A stretch of DNA of 44,815 bases from Candidatus Magasanikiibacteriota bacterium (GCA_003482855.1 DMXO01000006.1:81052-125866), one strand, 5' to 3'; shown: positions 1 through 10,501, counted from the stretch's first letter. Notes: generated by a model not told the origin, from the letters alone. Numbers and translations: made by a program.

Positions 1-996
1 ATCAAAATGTTCTGGAAGTGTAATACCACCAACACCCATGAGTGTAAGGCCTAATTTTTCTGCGTCAATAATTGCACGCGCATAGCGGATAAATTCAAGC
101 GCGCCTTTTTTTATGGGCGAACCACATACGCCGCTCGATAATCTGTTTTCTCCAAGCGCTGGTTTGCCCTCAGTATTTATAATTTTCATGCCAATCGTAT
201 TAATACCACACACTGCACGTGCACCGGCGCGAGCGGCTGCGTACAAAACTTCTTTGAGATTATCTAACTGAGTAAAATAACCAACTTTGATAATAAGCGG
301 CGTTGCCCCTATTTCTTTTACTACACGTCGCGCTATCATGTAGACCGTGTTTGCATCTGTATAAATACTTCCTTCACCAGTCGCAACATTCGGGCATGAG
401 AAATTAATTTCAATGATTTTTGCTCCTGCATCTTTTGCGATTGCAGCACTACGTGCATAGTCCTCAATAAAGTCTCCTTTGCCGTGTGATCCCATTCCTG
501 ACACAATCATTATTTGTCCTTCTTCAAGTGATTTTTGTGCCTTTTCAATATCCTCCATCACATACATGGGTCCTTGTGAAGGGACGCCAAACGAGTTTGT
601 CACTGAAAGTTCACTCAAATTTCGTGGTGTATATTTTTGTTCTACAAGTATTTCATCAAGGCGATGTTTATTTAATTCGCCATTCGTATTCACATAAATC
701 ATGTTGGGAAGTGGATGGCACGGGTGGGCATTTGCTCTAATAGTTTTGTACGTAACAATATCAAAACCCATGTGTGCAGCAAATGTAGTCCAATTGCTAT
801 TGAGAAGCGGACCAGCAGGAACGCCTAATCGTGATGCAACTTTGAATCCAAGAAAATCATACCATTGTTCACGCGGAGGTTTTACGCGTTGAGGGATTGG
901 GCCTGAAAAGAATGGTCCTTTTGCGAAATTTTCTTCGTACGTTTTTCCAATGTCGTAAATAGGCTCTTGGTCTGGGGACCAGGAAGGGAGGGACAT
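1..996 (-). CDS. Dihydroorotate dehydrogenase / dihydropyrimidine dehydrogenase family FMN TIM-barrel protein (3' end runs off the window)
   Basis: Not in the ORF track; translated manually from ATG at 996: MSLPSWSPDQEP...GVPAGPLLN...GFDIVTYKTIR...NSFGVPS...IIEINFSCPNV...IIKVG...GINTI...GVCGSPI...LMGVGGI, which are class 1 DHODH-type motifs with an active-site Cys. Confidence 0.8.
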   Translation of the reverse strand, partial: MSLPSWSPDQEPIYDIGKTYEENFAKGPFFSGPIPQRVKPPREQWYDFLGFKVASRLGVPAGPLLNSNWTTFAAHMGFDIVTYKTIRANAHPCHPLPNMIYVNTNGELNKHRLDEILVEQKYTPRNLSELSVTNSFGVPSQGPMYVMEDIEKAQKSLEEGQIMIVSGMGSHGKGDFIEDYARSAAIAKDAGAKIIEINFSCPNVATGEGSIYTDANTVYMIARRVVKEIGATPLIIKVGYFTQLDNLKEVLYAAARAGARAVCGINTIGMKIINTEGKPALGENRLSSGVCGSPIKKGALEFIRYARAIIDAEKLGLTLMGVGGITLPEHFD

Positions 997-1001
997 AGTA
1001 T

Positions 1002-2321
1002 TTAGGATTTAAGCCTAACTAAATTTGGATCTCTGAGTAAGTTATTATATTCTTCCTCGCTCATAATCTGATTTTCAATAACTATTTCTTTTAGCGTTTT
1101 ATTTTCTTTTTGTGCTTTTTCAACTAGTTCAGCAGTTTTGTCATATCCAAGTATGGGGCACAGAACGGTTGCAAGAGCAAAACTACGTTCCAGCAGGTCA
1201 CTGCATCGTTTTTCGTTTCCTGTAATAAGTCTAAGTCCTTGCACAGTAAATTGCGTTGTGCCTGCTGCCAGAATATGTAATGATTCAAGCAGATTTTTTA
1301 TAATAATTGGTCCCATAACATTAAGTTCGAGTTGGCTCGCCTGTACACCCATGCGTATTGTTTCATGATTGCCCAAGACCTGAAATGCAATCTGGTTCAT
1401 CATTTCTGCCATGACGGGATTTACTTTGCCTGGCATGATAGATGATCCTTTTTGAGCTGTAGCAAATGAAATCTCGCCAATGCCCGCATACGGTCCAGAC
1501 GCAAGCAGCCGTAAGTCGTTCATGAACTTGATGCTATTAGTTGCAAGTATAGTTAACGTAGCGCTTACTTCCATAATACTATCCCAGTATTGTGTGTTGT
1601 ATACAAGATCAGAAGAGAGTGCCAGCGGATATCCTGTTTCTTTTTGTAATAATGTAACTATTTTTTCAGCAAAACGTTTTGTTGCATTGAGCCCAGTGCC
1701 GATTGCTGTGCCGCCGATGTTAAGTTCGTATAATGCAGTTTTGGCATGTTTCAAGCGTTCAATATCATGCGATATAGCACTTGCATGCGCGCCAAATTCT
1801 TGGCCTAGTGTTATAGGTACTGCGTCTTGCAAGTGTGTCCGTCCTACTTTGAGGACATGTTCAAATTCTTTGCTTTTGCATTTTGATTCCTCATGATAAT
1901 TTTGGTATGTAGCAATAAGTTTATCTAATTGTTTAAGAAGCGTAATTTTAAATGCGGTAGGAACGGCATCGTTAGTTGATTGAGATTTATTTACATGGTC
2001 GAGCGAATGTACAGAAACTCCACATAAAGCCGAAGCGCGTGTTGCAATAATTTCATTAACATTCATGTTCATGGATGTGCCTGCACCTCCTTGAATTTGA
2101 TCTACTACAATTTGGTCATCGTACATCCCATCAACTAATTCTTTTGACGCTTGCACAATTGCATCAGCAATATGAGTCTCAAGAGTTCCAAGTTCTTTGT
2201 GTGCTTCTGCTGCACATTTTTTGACAAGTGCAATATCATATGCGACGTCACGTGAAAAAGGAACGCCTGTGATGGGGAAGTTTGTAATTGCTTTTTCTGT
2301 TTCTTGTCCGTAGAGTGCCAT
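1002..2321 (-). CDS. aspA: Aspartate ammonia-lyase (aspartase / class II fumarase family)
   Basis: QGGAGTSMNMN, SQSTND, GRTHLQDAVP and GSSIMPGKVNP signatures. Confidence 0.85.
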   Translation of the reverse strand: MALYGQETEKAITNFPITGVPFSRDVAYDIALVKKCAAEAHKELGTLETHIADAIVQASKELVDGMYDDQIVVDQIQGGAGTSMNMNVNEIIATRASALCGVSVHSLDHVNKSQSTNDAVPTAFKITLLKQLDKLIATYQNYHEESKCKSKEFEHVLKVGRTHLQDAVPITLGQEFGAHASAISHDIERLKHAKTALYELNIGGTAIGTGLNATKRFAEKIVTLLQKETGYPLALSSDLVYNTQYWDSIMEVSATLTILATNSIKFMNDLRLLASGPYAGIGEISFATAQKGSSIMPGKVNPVMAEMMNQIAFQVLGNHETIRMGVQASQLELNVMGPIIIKNLLESLHILAAGTTQFTVQGLRLITGNEKRCSDLLERSFALATVLCPILGYDKTAELVEKAQKENKTLKEIVIENQIMSEEEYNNLLRDPNLVRLKS

Positions 2322-2324
2322 ATA

Positions 2325-3953
2325 TTAGTGCATTTTATTTAAGATTTTTTCTTTTAATTCTTGGACTGTGTGGCGTGCGACATCAATGCTTGTTACGACT
2401 TGTACATTGTGTTTAATTGCCAGTTCGCGGATGAGTTCTCCATCAGTATTGGCTACAAAGTTTCGTTCGGCGGCTGGAATATTGATAATTAAGTCAAATC
2501 GTCGTTCTCTCATAAGCGTGCCAATATTCGGTCGTTTACCTGTAGAAATTTTGTGTACTAAGCGATTTAGTATGCCGTTGGCATCCATGTATTCACTTGT
2601 ATGCTCAGTAGCGTACAACACACAACCAGCTTCTGCAAGGGCCTTCATATCCTCACGAAGTTTATCTTTATTTTCTGCCCCGCCAATGGTAACGAGTATA
2701 TTTTTGGTAGTCTGTTTTGCCATTTTCATTTGCAAAGTCCATAGTTCAGTAAAACCGGGAGACGCATTTTGATTGAATAAGTCGCTCTTCATAAATGTTG
2801 CTAATTTTTCATCAAATAATGCTTGTGGAGTTTTGAGAGCCACCACATCACAATGTCCTTTGTACATGCGAAGCGTCACCGTACCATTTACTTTTTCATT
2901 TAATGTATCAATAAATCCAGACAAATCTTTCATAAGTGGGTCATACCATAATCCTGCATAGCACATATAACCCCACTCTTGATCAACTAATTCTTTAAAT
3001 TTATTTTCATGGCGCGTACAGACATACTTTTCCAACTCTTGATGCGCGCGTAAAATAACCATGGCTGCAGGCTGTTCATAAATTCCACGGACTTTGAGCC
3101 CAACGACGCGATCTTCCAAATGATGGGCTATGCCAATGCCATATTTTCCTGCTAGTTTATTGAGCCTGATTATAAGTTCACTTAATTTCATTTCCTCGCC
3201 GTTTAAGGCAACAGGTAATCCTTTTACAAATTCAAGTTCAACCAAACGTTCTTCATCGGGCGCGTCCATGGGGTGGCTGCATACTTGCAATATTTTTTTG
3301 AGTGGCGGAACCAAATCAGGATTTTCTATTTCTCCGCCCTCGCTTGTTACTCCCCACATATTGTCGTCAGATGAGTAAGGCTTGTCTATGGTGTGAGGAA
3401 TAGGGATGTTGTGCATTTTTGCATATGCAATTTCTTCATCTCTGCCCATGCCCCATTCGCGGACTGGCGCAATAATTTTGATATCAGGATTAAGTGTTAC
3501 CGCAGTTCCTTCAATACGTACTTGGTCATTTCCTTTTCCTGTGCAACCGTGCGCAATCGTATCTGCTTTTTCTTCCAATGCTACCTGAACCGCGAGTTTT
3601 GCTAAAAGTGGCCGACCAATCGGCGTACTCAAATGATAATGGCCTTGATAATGCGCGTTTGCTTTGATGCCACGGGAAATATATTTTTCAGCAAATTCAT
3701 CTTTGGCGTCAATGACAATAGATTTTATAGCACCAAGGTTTAAAGCTTTTTGGCGTATAGCTTCCAAATCATCTACCTGTTGTCCTATGTCTATGCAAAG
3801 TGCAATAACTTGGGCGTTGTATTCATCCTGGATCCACTTGAGCATGACCGATGTGTCGAGCCCGCCGGAGTAGAGCAGGACAACTTTATTTACTTCCTCC
3901 TTACTTTTTGGTTCATATGACGCGATGTGCGTGTACCCGTGGTCGTTTTGCAT
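2325..3953 (-). CDS. argG: Argininosuccinate synthase with a fused C-terminal MGS-like (CarB allosteric-type) domain
   Basis: LYSGGLDTS, AHGCTGKGNDQVR, YSSDDNMWG, RGIYEQP; the last ~125 aa (ILVTIG..LYATEHT..DLIINIP..DGELIRELAIKHNVQVVT) match the MGS pattern. Confidence 0.9.
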   Translation of the reverse strand: MQNDHGYTHIASYEPKSKEEVNKVVLLYSGGLDTSVMLKWIQDEYNAQVIALCIDIGQQVDDLEAIRQKALNLGAIKSIVIDAKDEFAEKYISRGIKANAHYQGHYHLSTPIGRPLLAKLAVQVALEEKADTIAHGCTGKGNDQVRIEGTAVTLNPDIKIIAPVREWGMGRDEEIAYAKMHNIPIPHTIDKPYSSDDNMWGVTSEGGEIENPDLVPPLKKILQVCSHPMDAPDEERLVELEFVKGLPVALNGEEMKLSELIIRLNKLAGKYGIGIAHHLEDRVVGLKVRGIYEQPAAMVILRAHQELEKYVCTRHENKFKELVDQEWGYMCYAGLWYDPLMKDLSGFIDTLNEKVNGTVTLRMYKGHCDVVALKTPQALFDEKLATFMKSDLFNQNASPGFTELWTLQMKMAKQTTKNILVTIGGAENKDKLREDMKALAEAGCVLYATEHTSEYMDANGILNRLVHKISTGKRPNIGTLMRERRFDLIINIPAAERNFVANTDGELIRELAIKHNVQVVTSIDVARHTVQELKEKILNKMH

Positions 3954-3978
3954 AGAAACAATGTGTTAAAATTATATA

Positions 3979-4953
3979 TTATTTAATTGACAATATTTTT
4001 TTTCCATTTTCCGTTGCTATTTTTACGACTTCATCAAAATTATAATATCGGCAGGCTTCCATTAGAAATCTCAACTCAACCCATAGATCGCCATCAACTA
4101 CAGGTAAATAGAAATCAGCAATGTCATCAACCCCAAGTCCAACATTTACACCCGCTTCAATCATCTCTGGAACATTGGCAATTGAGTTATGTGTTGGTGC
4201 GTCATATTTGTCCAGTTGGGGCATACTTATAACAGCCGAAGGACAGACGACGACGCTTATACCCAACTCAGCCATTTTTTTATACAATTTTTTACGATAG
4301 TTTTGTGGCTGTGCAGATGTTGAAAGAGCGTGGATCGCGACAACTCTACCCTCATAGCCATATTTTTTTGTGTAGTAAAGCAGGAGTTCAGTGTCTCGTT
4401 CATGGGGGTTATTTTCCTGGTCAATATGTACATGTAGTGGTTTATTGAGATTTCGTGCAATATTGAAAAGAATATCAAAACTTTTTTGAATGTATGGTCT
4501 ATCGCGTGAGGGAAGCCCTCCAACCGTATTTGCCTTGGCGCTGACAGATTCGAAAATTGCACGTTCTTTTGGATCGAGGAGCCCCCCAATAGGTTGGGTT
4601 GAAGTTAAGAATTGTATTTTGTCTTTATATTCTTTTTGCATCGTACATGCTGCGTCTATCGCCTTATGTCCAACTGCAGAATATGCATCTATGAAACTAA
4701 GAGTTTGTTTTGCACCTTGCTCAACCATACGATCAAGACATCGACGAATTCTATTTTTCACATTTTCTTGTGTGTCGTTACGTTTGATATCATCACTCAT
4801 GTGCCATTTTGTTTCCATATCTACCATAGCTTTTTTCATTCCTTCTTTTGAAATATAAAATGATTTGTCAAAATGTCCGTGGCAATTTACAAAACCACCT
4901 TTTTGCTTTATAGCATCAAGAAACTGTTGTTTGAGGTTCCAGGTTTCAGCCAT
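3979..4953 (-). CDS. Metal-dependent amidohydrolase, cytosine deaminase (CodA)-like
   Basis: HGHFDK (HxH), HVHIDQ, AIHA, VCPS and GLGVDD metal-binding motifs. Confidence 0.8.
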   Translation of the reverse strand: MAETWNLKQQFLDAIKQKGGFVNCHGHFDKSFYISKEGMKKAMVDMETKWHMSDDIKRNDTQENVKNRIRRCLDRMVEQGAKQTLSFIDAYSAVGHKAIDAACTMQKEYKDKIQFLTSTQPIGGLLDPKERAIFESVSAKANTVGGLPSRDRPYIQKSFDILFNIARNLNKPLHVHIDQENNPHERDTELLLYYTKKYGYEGRVVAIHALSTSAQPQNYRKKLYKKMAELGISVVVCPSAVISMPQLDKYDAPTHNSIANVPEMIEAGVNVGLGVDDIADFYLPVVDGDLWVELRFLMEACRYYNFDEVVKIATENGKKILSIK

Positions 4954-4957
4954 ATAT

Positions 4958-4985
4958 AAAAACAGCCCGCTTATTGGCGGACTGT
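4958..4985 (-). terminator. Terminator-like attenuator hairpin immediately upstream of the amidohydrolase start
   Basis: Minus strand ACAGTCCGC-CAATAA-GCGGGCTGT-TTTT. Confidence 0.7.
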
Positions 4986-5069
4986 ATTATTGATAATGAA
5001 ATTAAAATGTTGGTCACTCTCTTTAAAGAGTTTAGTATGGTCTCCCTGCTGTTGTTTCTTTGTTAACAT
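4971..5069 (-). CDS. Putative 32-aa leader peptide MLTKKQQQGDHTKLFKESDQHFNFIINNTVRQ
   Basis: Open frame from the ATG just after the promoter; its TAA lies in the loop of the terminator hairpin. Confidence 0.5.
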   Translation of the reverse strand: MLTKKQQQGDHTKLFKESDQHFNFIINNTVRQ

Positions 5070-5082
5070 ATATATTGGGGTT

Positions 5083-5111
5083 ATTGTATCATTTTAAAAT
5101 ATAGTGTACAA
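5083..5111 (-). promoter_or_regulatory. Sigma70-type promoter of the amidohydrolase-argG-aspA-DHODH operon
   Basis: TTGTAC-17 bp-TACAAT with extended -10 TG. Confidence 0.55.
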
Positions 5112-5191
5112 CCTGTGGAATTGTGGATATAATTTGTCGTTTGACGTACCGCAAAATATGGGCTAAAGTAGACGTGTTTTGACATTATATT

Positions 5192-7321
5192 ATGTATAAA
5201 AACCACATATTGAAGGACATCAAAGCTATCATTTTCGACGTAGATAATACGCTCATAGCAACTGACTTATTTGTCCGAGAAAACATAGCGAAGACCGTAG
5301 ATCGACTCAAGGGTATAGTTACCCCTCCGTCAGAAGCAGAAGTTCGCTTAATACAGGCAAAAAATCCTCCATTTGAGGATATTTTTAAGGAATTATTCAA
5401 AGATGAGCTCAATGGGAGACAGACATGGGAAGTAGTATTGGAGAATTATCGGACACATGCTGCAGAAATATCCTACACAGCCACACAGGGGGCTCTAGAG
5501 GCGATTTTTTGGTGCAAACAGCAAGGTTTTGTCATTGGTTTGGTAACAAATCGAACTAAGATGTTGCCTGAGCGTTTGGCTCAAGCAGGATTTAGTACTG
5601 CTGATTTTGCATTTATATGCACACCTCCAACTCCGGAACTGACAAAACCTCATCCACGTGCTTTCGAGGTTGCTTTACAAGAATTAGCTGAGGTTGGAAT
5701 TAGGGCAGAGCAGACGATTATGGTTGGAGACCACCCAGATGATTATTATTCTGCGTCTTATCAAAACATAAAATTCGCGGCAGTGCTTTCGGGAGAAACA
5801 AAACGTGATGTATTCGTACAAATTGGCATAGAACATAATTTTATTTTTGAAAATTTAAATAATGTTAAAAACATAGTTGAAGAGGTTTTGAAAATTGATA
5901 GATATAAAAAATCTTTGTATGCCACATCAGCGTTAGATGGTAGACATGGTGATATGAGCGCGCCTCTTCACCATTATTTTTCTGAATATGCTCTTCACAA
6001 ATATCGTGTGAAGACAGAAATTGAACACGTTGTTGCTTTGAGCGAAATATTTTATGGCAAAGTTGTTCGTTTAATTACGCCAGATGAAAAAAAATTTTTG
6101 AGAAAGTTGTACCAAAATTTTTCAGAGTATGACGCGTATGAAATTTTGCAATATGATCATCTAGGTAGAAACGGAATTGGTCCAACCGAACATGATATGA
6201 AGTCGTGTGAACTATGGATAAAAGAGAAATTACAAAACACCAGTTTATCTGATATTGCGCCATTCGTGCACATGTTTGTGACGTCAGAAGATATAAATAA
6301 CTTCGCGTATAAATTAATGATGAAAGAAGGACTTACTGATGTATTTGTGCCAGACGTATTAGAAATTTGTGAAAAATTGAAAGAACTCACATTGAAATAT
6401 GCACAGGAACCAGTCATGGCGCGCACGCACATGCAGCCAGCGAGTCCGACGACATTTGGGAAAATATTTGGTAATTATTTGGTTCGACTAGTACACGGAC
6501 TTGAACGCCTACGTTCGGTTAAGTTCACTGCAAAATTAAATGGAGCAGTAGGGAATTACAATGCGTTTATTGTAGCGTATCCAGATTTGGACTGGAAAAT
6601 GTATTCGCAAGATTTTGCAAAGAGATTTGGATTTTGGTATGAACTATTTACTGATCAGCGAGGGACTCACACAGATATGATTCAAGCACTTCAGGCAGTG
6701 CAAGAAATAGGAAATGTTATTCGTGATATTGCCCAGGATATGTCGCTCTATGCAGCACTGGGAACCATGTATTTTAGCAAAGTAGAGAGTCATGTAGGTT
6801 CATCGGTCATGCCTCATAAAATAAATCCATGGTTTGCGGAAGTTGCAGAGGGCGGAATCAAAAAGGCAAATTGGCTTATATCTGGTTTTGTTTCTGAACT
6901 TGATGTTTCGCGTTTACAGCGTGACTTATCTGACCATGAATTTGAACGGTCTTATGGTGAAGCAATTGGGTATGTATATATAGCTTTGAAACATTTACAC
7001 ATTGCGTTTGATCTTATTAAACCAAATTGTGAATTCGCCCGACAAGAATTACAAAATCATCCAGAAGTAGTAACTGAGGCAATTCAAACTATATTGCGCA
7101 AATATGGACGGCTTGACGCATATGAACTAGTAAAACAAGAATCGAGAGGAAAGGAATTGACATTGGAAGATTTACGTATGTTTGTAATAAAACTTGATGT
7201 GGAAGATAAAGTAAAGCAAGAGATTTTGACAGTAATGGATCCTGAAAAATATGTGGGGTTGGCAGGACAACTGGCACTGTCGGCAGTGGAAAAATATAAT
7301 GAATTTAAAAACAGCCAATGA
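5192..7321 (+). CDS. purB: Fusion of an N-terminal HAD-family phosphatase and adenylosuccinate lyase
   Basis: IFDVDNTL (DxDxT), KPHP, MVGD; then SALDGRH, RTHMQPASPTTFGK, GSSVMPHKINP. Confidence 0.9.
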   Translation: MYKNHILKDIKAIIFDVDNTLIATDLFVRENIAKTVDRLKGIVTPPSEAEVRLIQAKNPPFEDIFKELFKDELNGRQTWEVVLENYRTHAAEISYTATQGALEAIFWCKQQGFVIGLVTNRTKMLPERLAQAGFSTADFAFICTPPTPELTKPHPRAFEVALQELAEVGIRAEQTIMVGDHPDDYYSASYQNIKFAAVLSGETKRDVFVQIGIEHNFIFENLNNVKNIVEEVLKIDRYKKSLYATSALDGRHGDMSAPLHHYFSEYALHKYRVKTEIEHVVALSEIFYGKVVRLITPDEKKFLRKLYQNFSEYDAYEILQYDHLGRNGIGPTEHDMKSCELWIKEKLQNTSLSDIAPFVHMFVTSEDINNFAYKLMMKEGLTDVFVPDVLEICEKLKELTLKYAQEPVMARTHMQPASPTTFGKIFGNYLVRLVHGLERLRSVKFTAKLNGAVGNYNAFIVAYPDLDWKMYSQDFAKRFGFWYELFTDQRGTHTDMIQALQAVQEIGNVIRDIAQDMSLYAALGTMYFSKVESHVGSSVMPHKINPWFAEVAEGGIKKANWLISGFVSELDVSRLQRDLSDHEFERSYGEAIGYVYIALKHLHIAFDLIKPNCEFARQELQNHPEVVTEAIQTILRKYGRLDAYELVKQESRGKELTLEDLRMFVIKLDVEDKVKQEILTVMDPEKYVGLAGQLALSAVEKYNEFKNSQ

Positions 7322-7332
7322 TTGGCTGTTTT
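7308..7332. terminator. Bidirectional intrinsic terminator between convergent genes
   Basis: AAAACAGCCAAT-G-ATTGGCTGTTTT. Confidence 0.8.
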
Positions 7333-7344
7333 GTGTTTTTTTGT

Positions 7345-7587
7345 CTAGTTACCCAAAGATATAATTTCATTTAGGTTCACATCTTCGGATGTTGTTTGTC
7401 CATCAAATAATATTACAATTTTTGGATGGTCAGGATGACGGATATATCCTTTTACGAGGCCTTCTCTGTCTCCTACCCTTACGCGAGAATCGATTTGGGG
7501 TTCCTTAGGTGGTTCTTTCTCCCCCATGGCGTATACCTCATTTTGTTTGAGTGCTCTTAAAGCTTCGTCTGGAACTATTCTATCCAT
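7345..7587 (-). CDS. Hypothetical 80-aa protein (possible small SH3/KOW-like beta barrel)
   Basis: Directly follows purA on the same strand; alternating beta-strand pattern in the C-terminal half. Confidence 0.6.
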   Translation of the reverse strand: MDRIVPDEALRALKQNEVYAMGEKEPPKEPQIDSRVRVGDREGLVKGYIRHPDHPKIVILFDGQTTSEDVNLNEIISLGN

Positions 7588-7596
7588 AGGTATTTA

Positions 7597-8961
<1,365 letters not shown>

Positions 8962-8969
8962 ATGTCTAC

Positions 8970-10400
8970 CTAGGTCAGAGTTTGTACATCATGTGTTCCA
9001 CTTTCTTTTAGCCCCGCACTTGATATACGAACAAATTCTACATTTTTTTGTAATTCGGCAATAGTGTGTGAATTGGTATAACTCATGCCACTGCGTAGTC
9101 CGCCAACAAGCTGATTCACGATATCCTCAGCTGGACCTTTGTAGGGTACAAGTGATTCAACGCCTTCAGGCACAACATCTTTGAGTTTTTTGTTTTCGAG
9201 TCCAACTGTTTTTCGTGTGTGTGATTGGGTGAAGCTTGCACTACCACGAAGCACTTTGTATCGTTTGCCATCTTTGTGCATGACTACGCCAGGACTTTCT
9301 TTGGTTCCTGCAAACATACTGCCGAGCATTACACTGTCTGCCCCTGCGCCAAGTGCTTTTACTATGTCACCTGACTTTGAAATTCCACCATCTGCAATAA
9401 CAGGGACATCATACTGTCTAGCAACCCTGCTGGCTTCCATGATTGCAGTGAGTTGTGGCATGCCACAACCAGTTACAAGTCGTGTGATACATATAGAGCC
9501 GGGGCCTACACCAACTTTTATTGCATCGACACCCGCTTCACATAATTCTTGTGCAGCCTTTGCTGTAGCGATATTTCCTGCTATGAGCTGTATATCACCT
9601 ATAGCATCACGGAGTTTTTTTATAGCATTGAACATGATGTCACTGTGTCCATGTGCAATGTCGATGACAAGCACATCAGCGCCAGCCTTCTTGAGTTCTT
9701 GTGCTCGTTCTATATAATCGCCATGTACTCCTACAGCAGCTCCTACGATAAGTCGGCCATTGCTGTCTCTATTTGCTTGAGGGTATTCAATGATGAGTTT
9801 GATGTCATCGCTCGTGATGAGTCCTACAATATGGTTGTCATCATCTACCAATGGCAATTTTTCTACTTTGTATTGGGCGAACAATGTTTTGGCTTCATCA
9901 AACGTGGTGTGAGCATTCCCCACAATAAGTTTTTCACGAGGAGTCATGATGTCGGAAACTTTTTTGTCATCTTCATTTGCAAAAATGAAATCACGTCGTG
10001 AAAGTATACCCTGTAATCTGTTGTCACCATTGGCCACAAGTAAACCGGTCACACCTGTCTCTTCGGCGTATGTCTTTGCTTCTGCTACTGTCTTATCAGG
10101 GTCAATAGTATATGGATATTGTATGATAAGATTTTGAGTTCTTTTCACTTTGCGTACTTCTTCGACATTATCTTCTATACTCATGAACCTATGTAATATA
10201 CCAATACCTCCCATGCGTGCTATAGCAATGGCCATGTCAGATCCTGTCACGGTATCCATGTTTGCAGTAATAATTGGGATGTTAAGATTTATTTTTTTGG
10301 TGAGTCTAGTTTTGGTATCTGCTTCGCTTCGTGATTCGAGACTCGAACGTCGAGGGACGATGAGTACATCGTCGTAGGTGAGGGCGAGGGGGATGTGCAT
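8970..10400 (-). CDS. guaB: IMP dehydrogenase / GMP reductase family protein with a CBS pair (possibly GMP reductase)
   Basis: LTYDDVL, ANMDTVT, DIAHGHS, VGVGPGSICITR, IADGGI, GGLRSGMSY; the flap lacks an Arg-Tyr dyad. Confidence 0.75.
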   Translation of the reverse strand: MHIPLALTYDDVLIVPRRSSLESRSEADTKTRLTKKINLNIPIITANMDTVTGSDMAIAIARMGGIGILHRFMSIEDNVEEVRKVKRTQNLIIQYPYTIDPDKTVAEAKTYAEETGVTGLLVANGDNRLQGILSRRDFIFANEDDKKVSDIMTPREKLIVGNAHTTFDEAKTLFAQYKVEKLPLVDDDNHIVGLITSDDIKLIIEYPQANRDSNGRLIVGAAVGVHGDYIERAQELKKAGADVLVIDIAHGHSDIMFNAIKKLRDAIGDIQLIAGNIATAKAAQELCEAGVDAIKVGVGPGSICITRLVTGCGMPQLTAIMEASRVARQYDVPVIADGGISKSGDIVKALGAGADSVMLGSMFAGTKESPGVVMHKDGKRYKVLRGSASFTQSHTRKTVGLENKKLKDVVPEGVESLVPYKGPAEDIVNQLVGGLRSGMSYTNSHTIAELQKNVEFVRISSAGLKESGTHDVQTLT

Positions 10401-10404
10401 AAAC

Positions 10405-10438
10405 TAGGTATTAGGTTATAGGTAATTAGGTTATAGGG
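10405..10438. repeat. Degenerate 7-mer tandem repeat TAGGTWW directly upstream of the guaB start
   Basis: taggtat-taggtta-taggtaa-t-taggtta-taggg. Confidence 0.7.
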
Positions 10439-10459
10439 TGTGGACAGTGGAATGGGCGT

Positions 10460-10483
10460 AAAAAAACTGCCAAGACAGGCAGT
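10460..10483 (-). terminator. Terminator in the 5' leader of guaB-purA (possible attenuator)
   Basis: Minus strand ACTGCC-TGTCTT-GGCAGT-TTTTTT, located between the promoter and the guaB start. Confidence 0.7.
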
Positions 10484-10501
10484 GTGTATGTTAAATTTGC
10501 G

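Noticed and set aside
1002-2321. Annotation as argH because it is adjacent to argG
   Set aside because: Signatures GSSIMPGKVNP and QGGAGTSxNMN belong to the aspartase/fumarase clade
4986-5075. PyrR-binding attenuator
   Set aside because: No ARUCCnGnGAGGYU binding-loop motif in the leader
5114-5130. DnaA-box pair between the divergent promoters
   Set aside because: Only one near-consensus box (TGTGGATAT); the other has three mismatches, too weak to call
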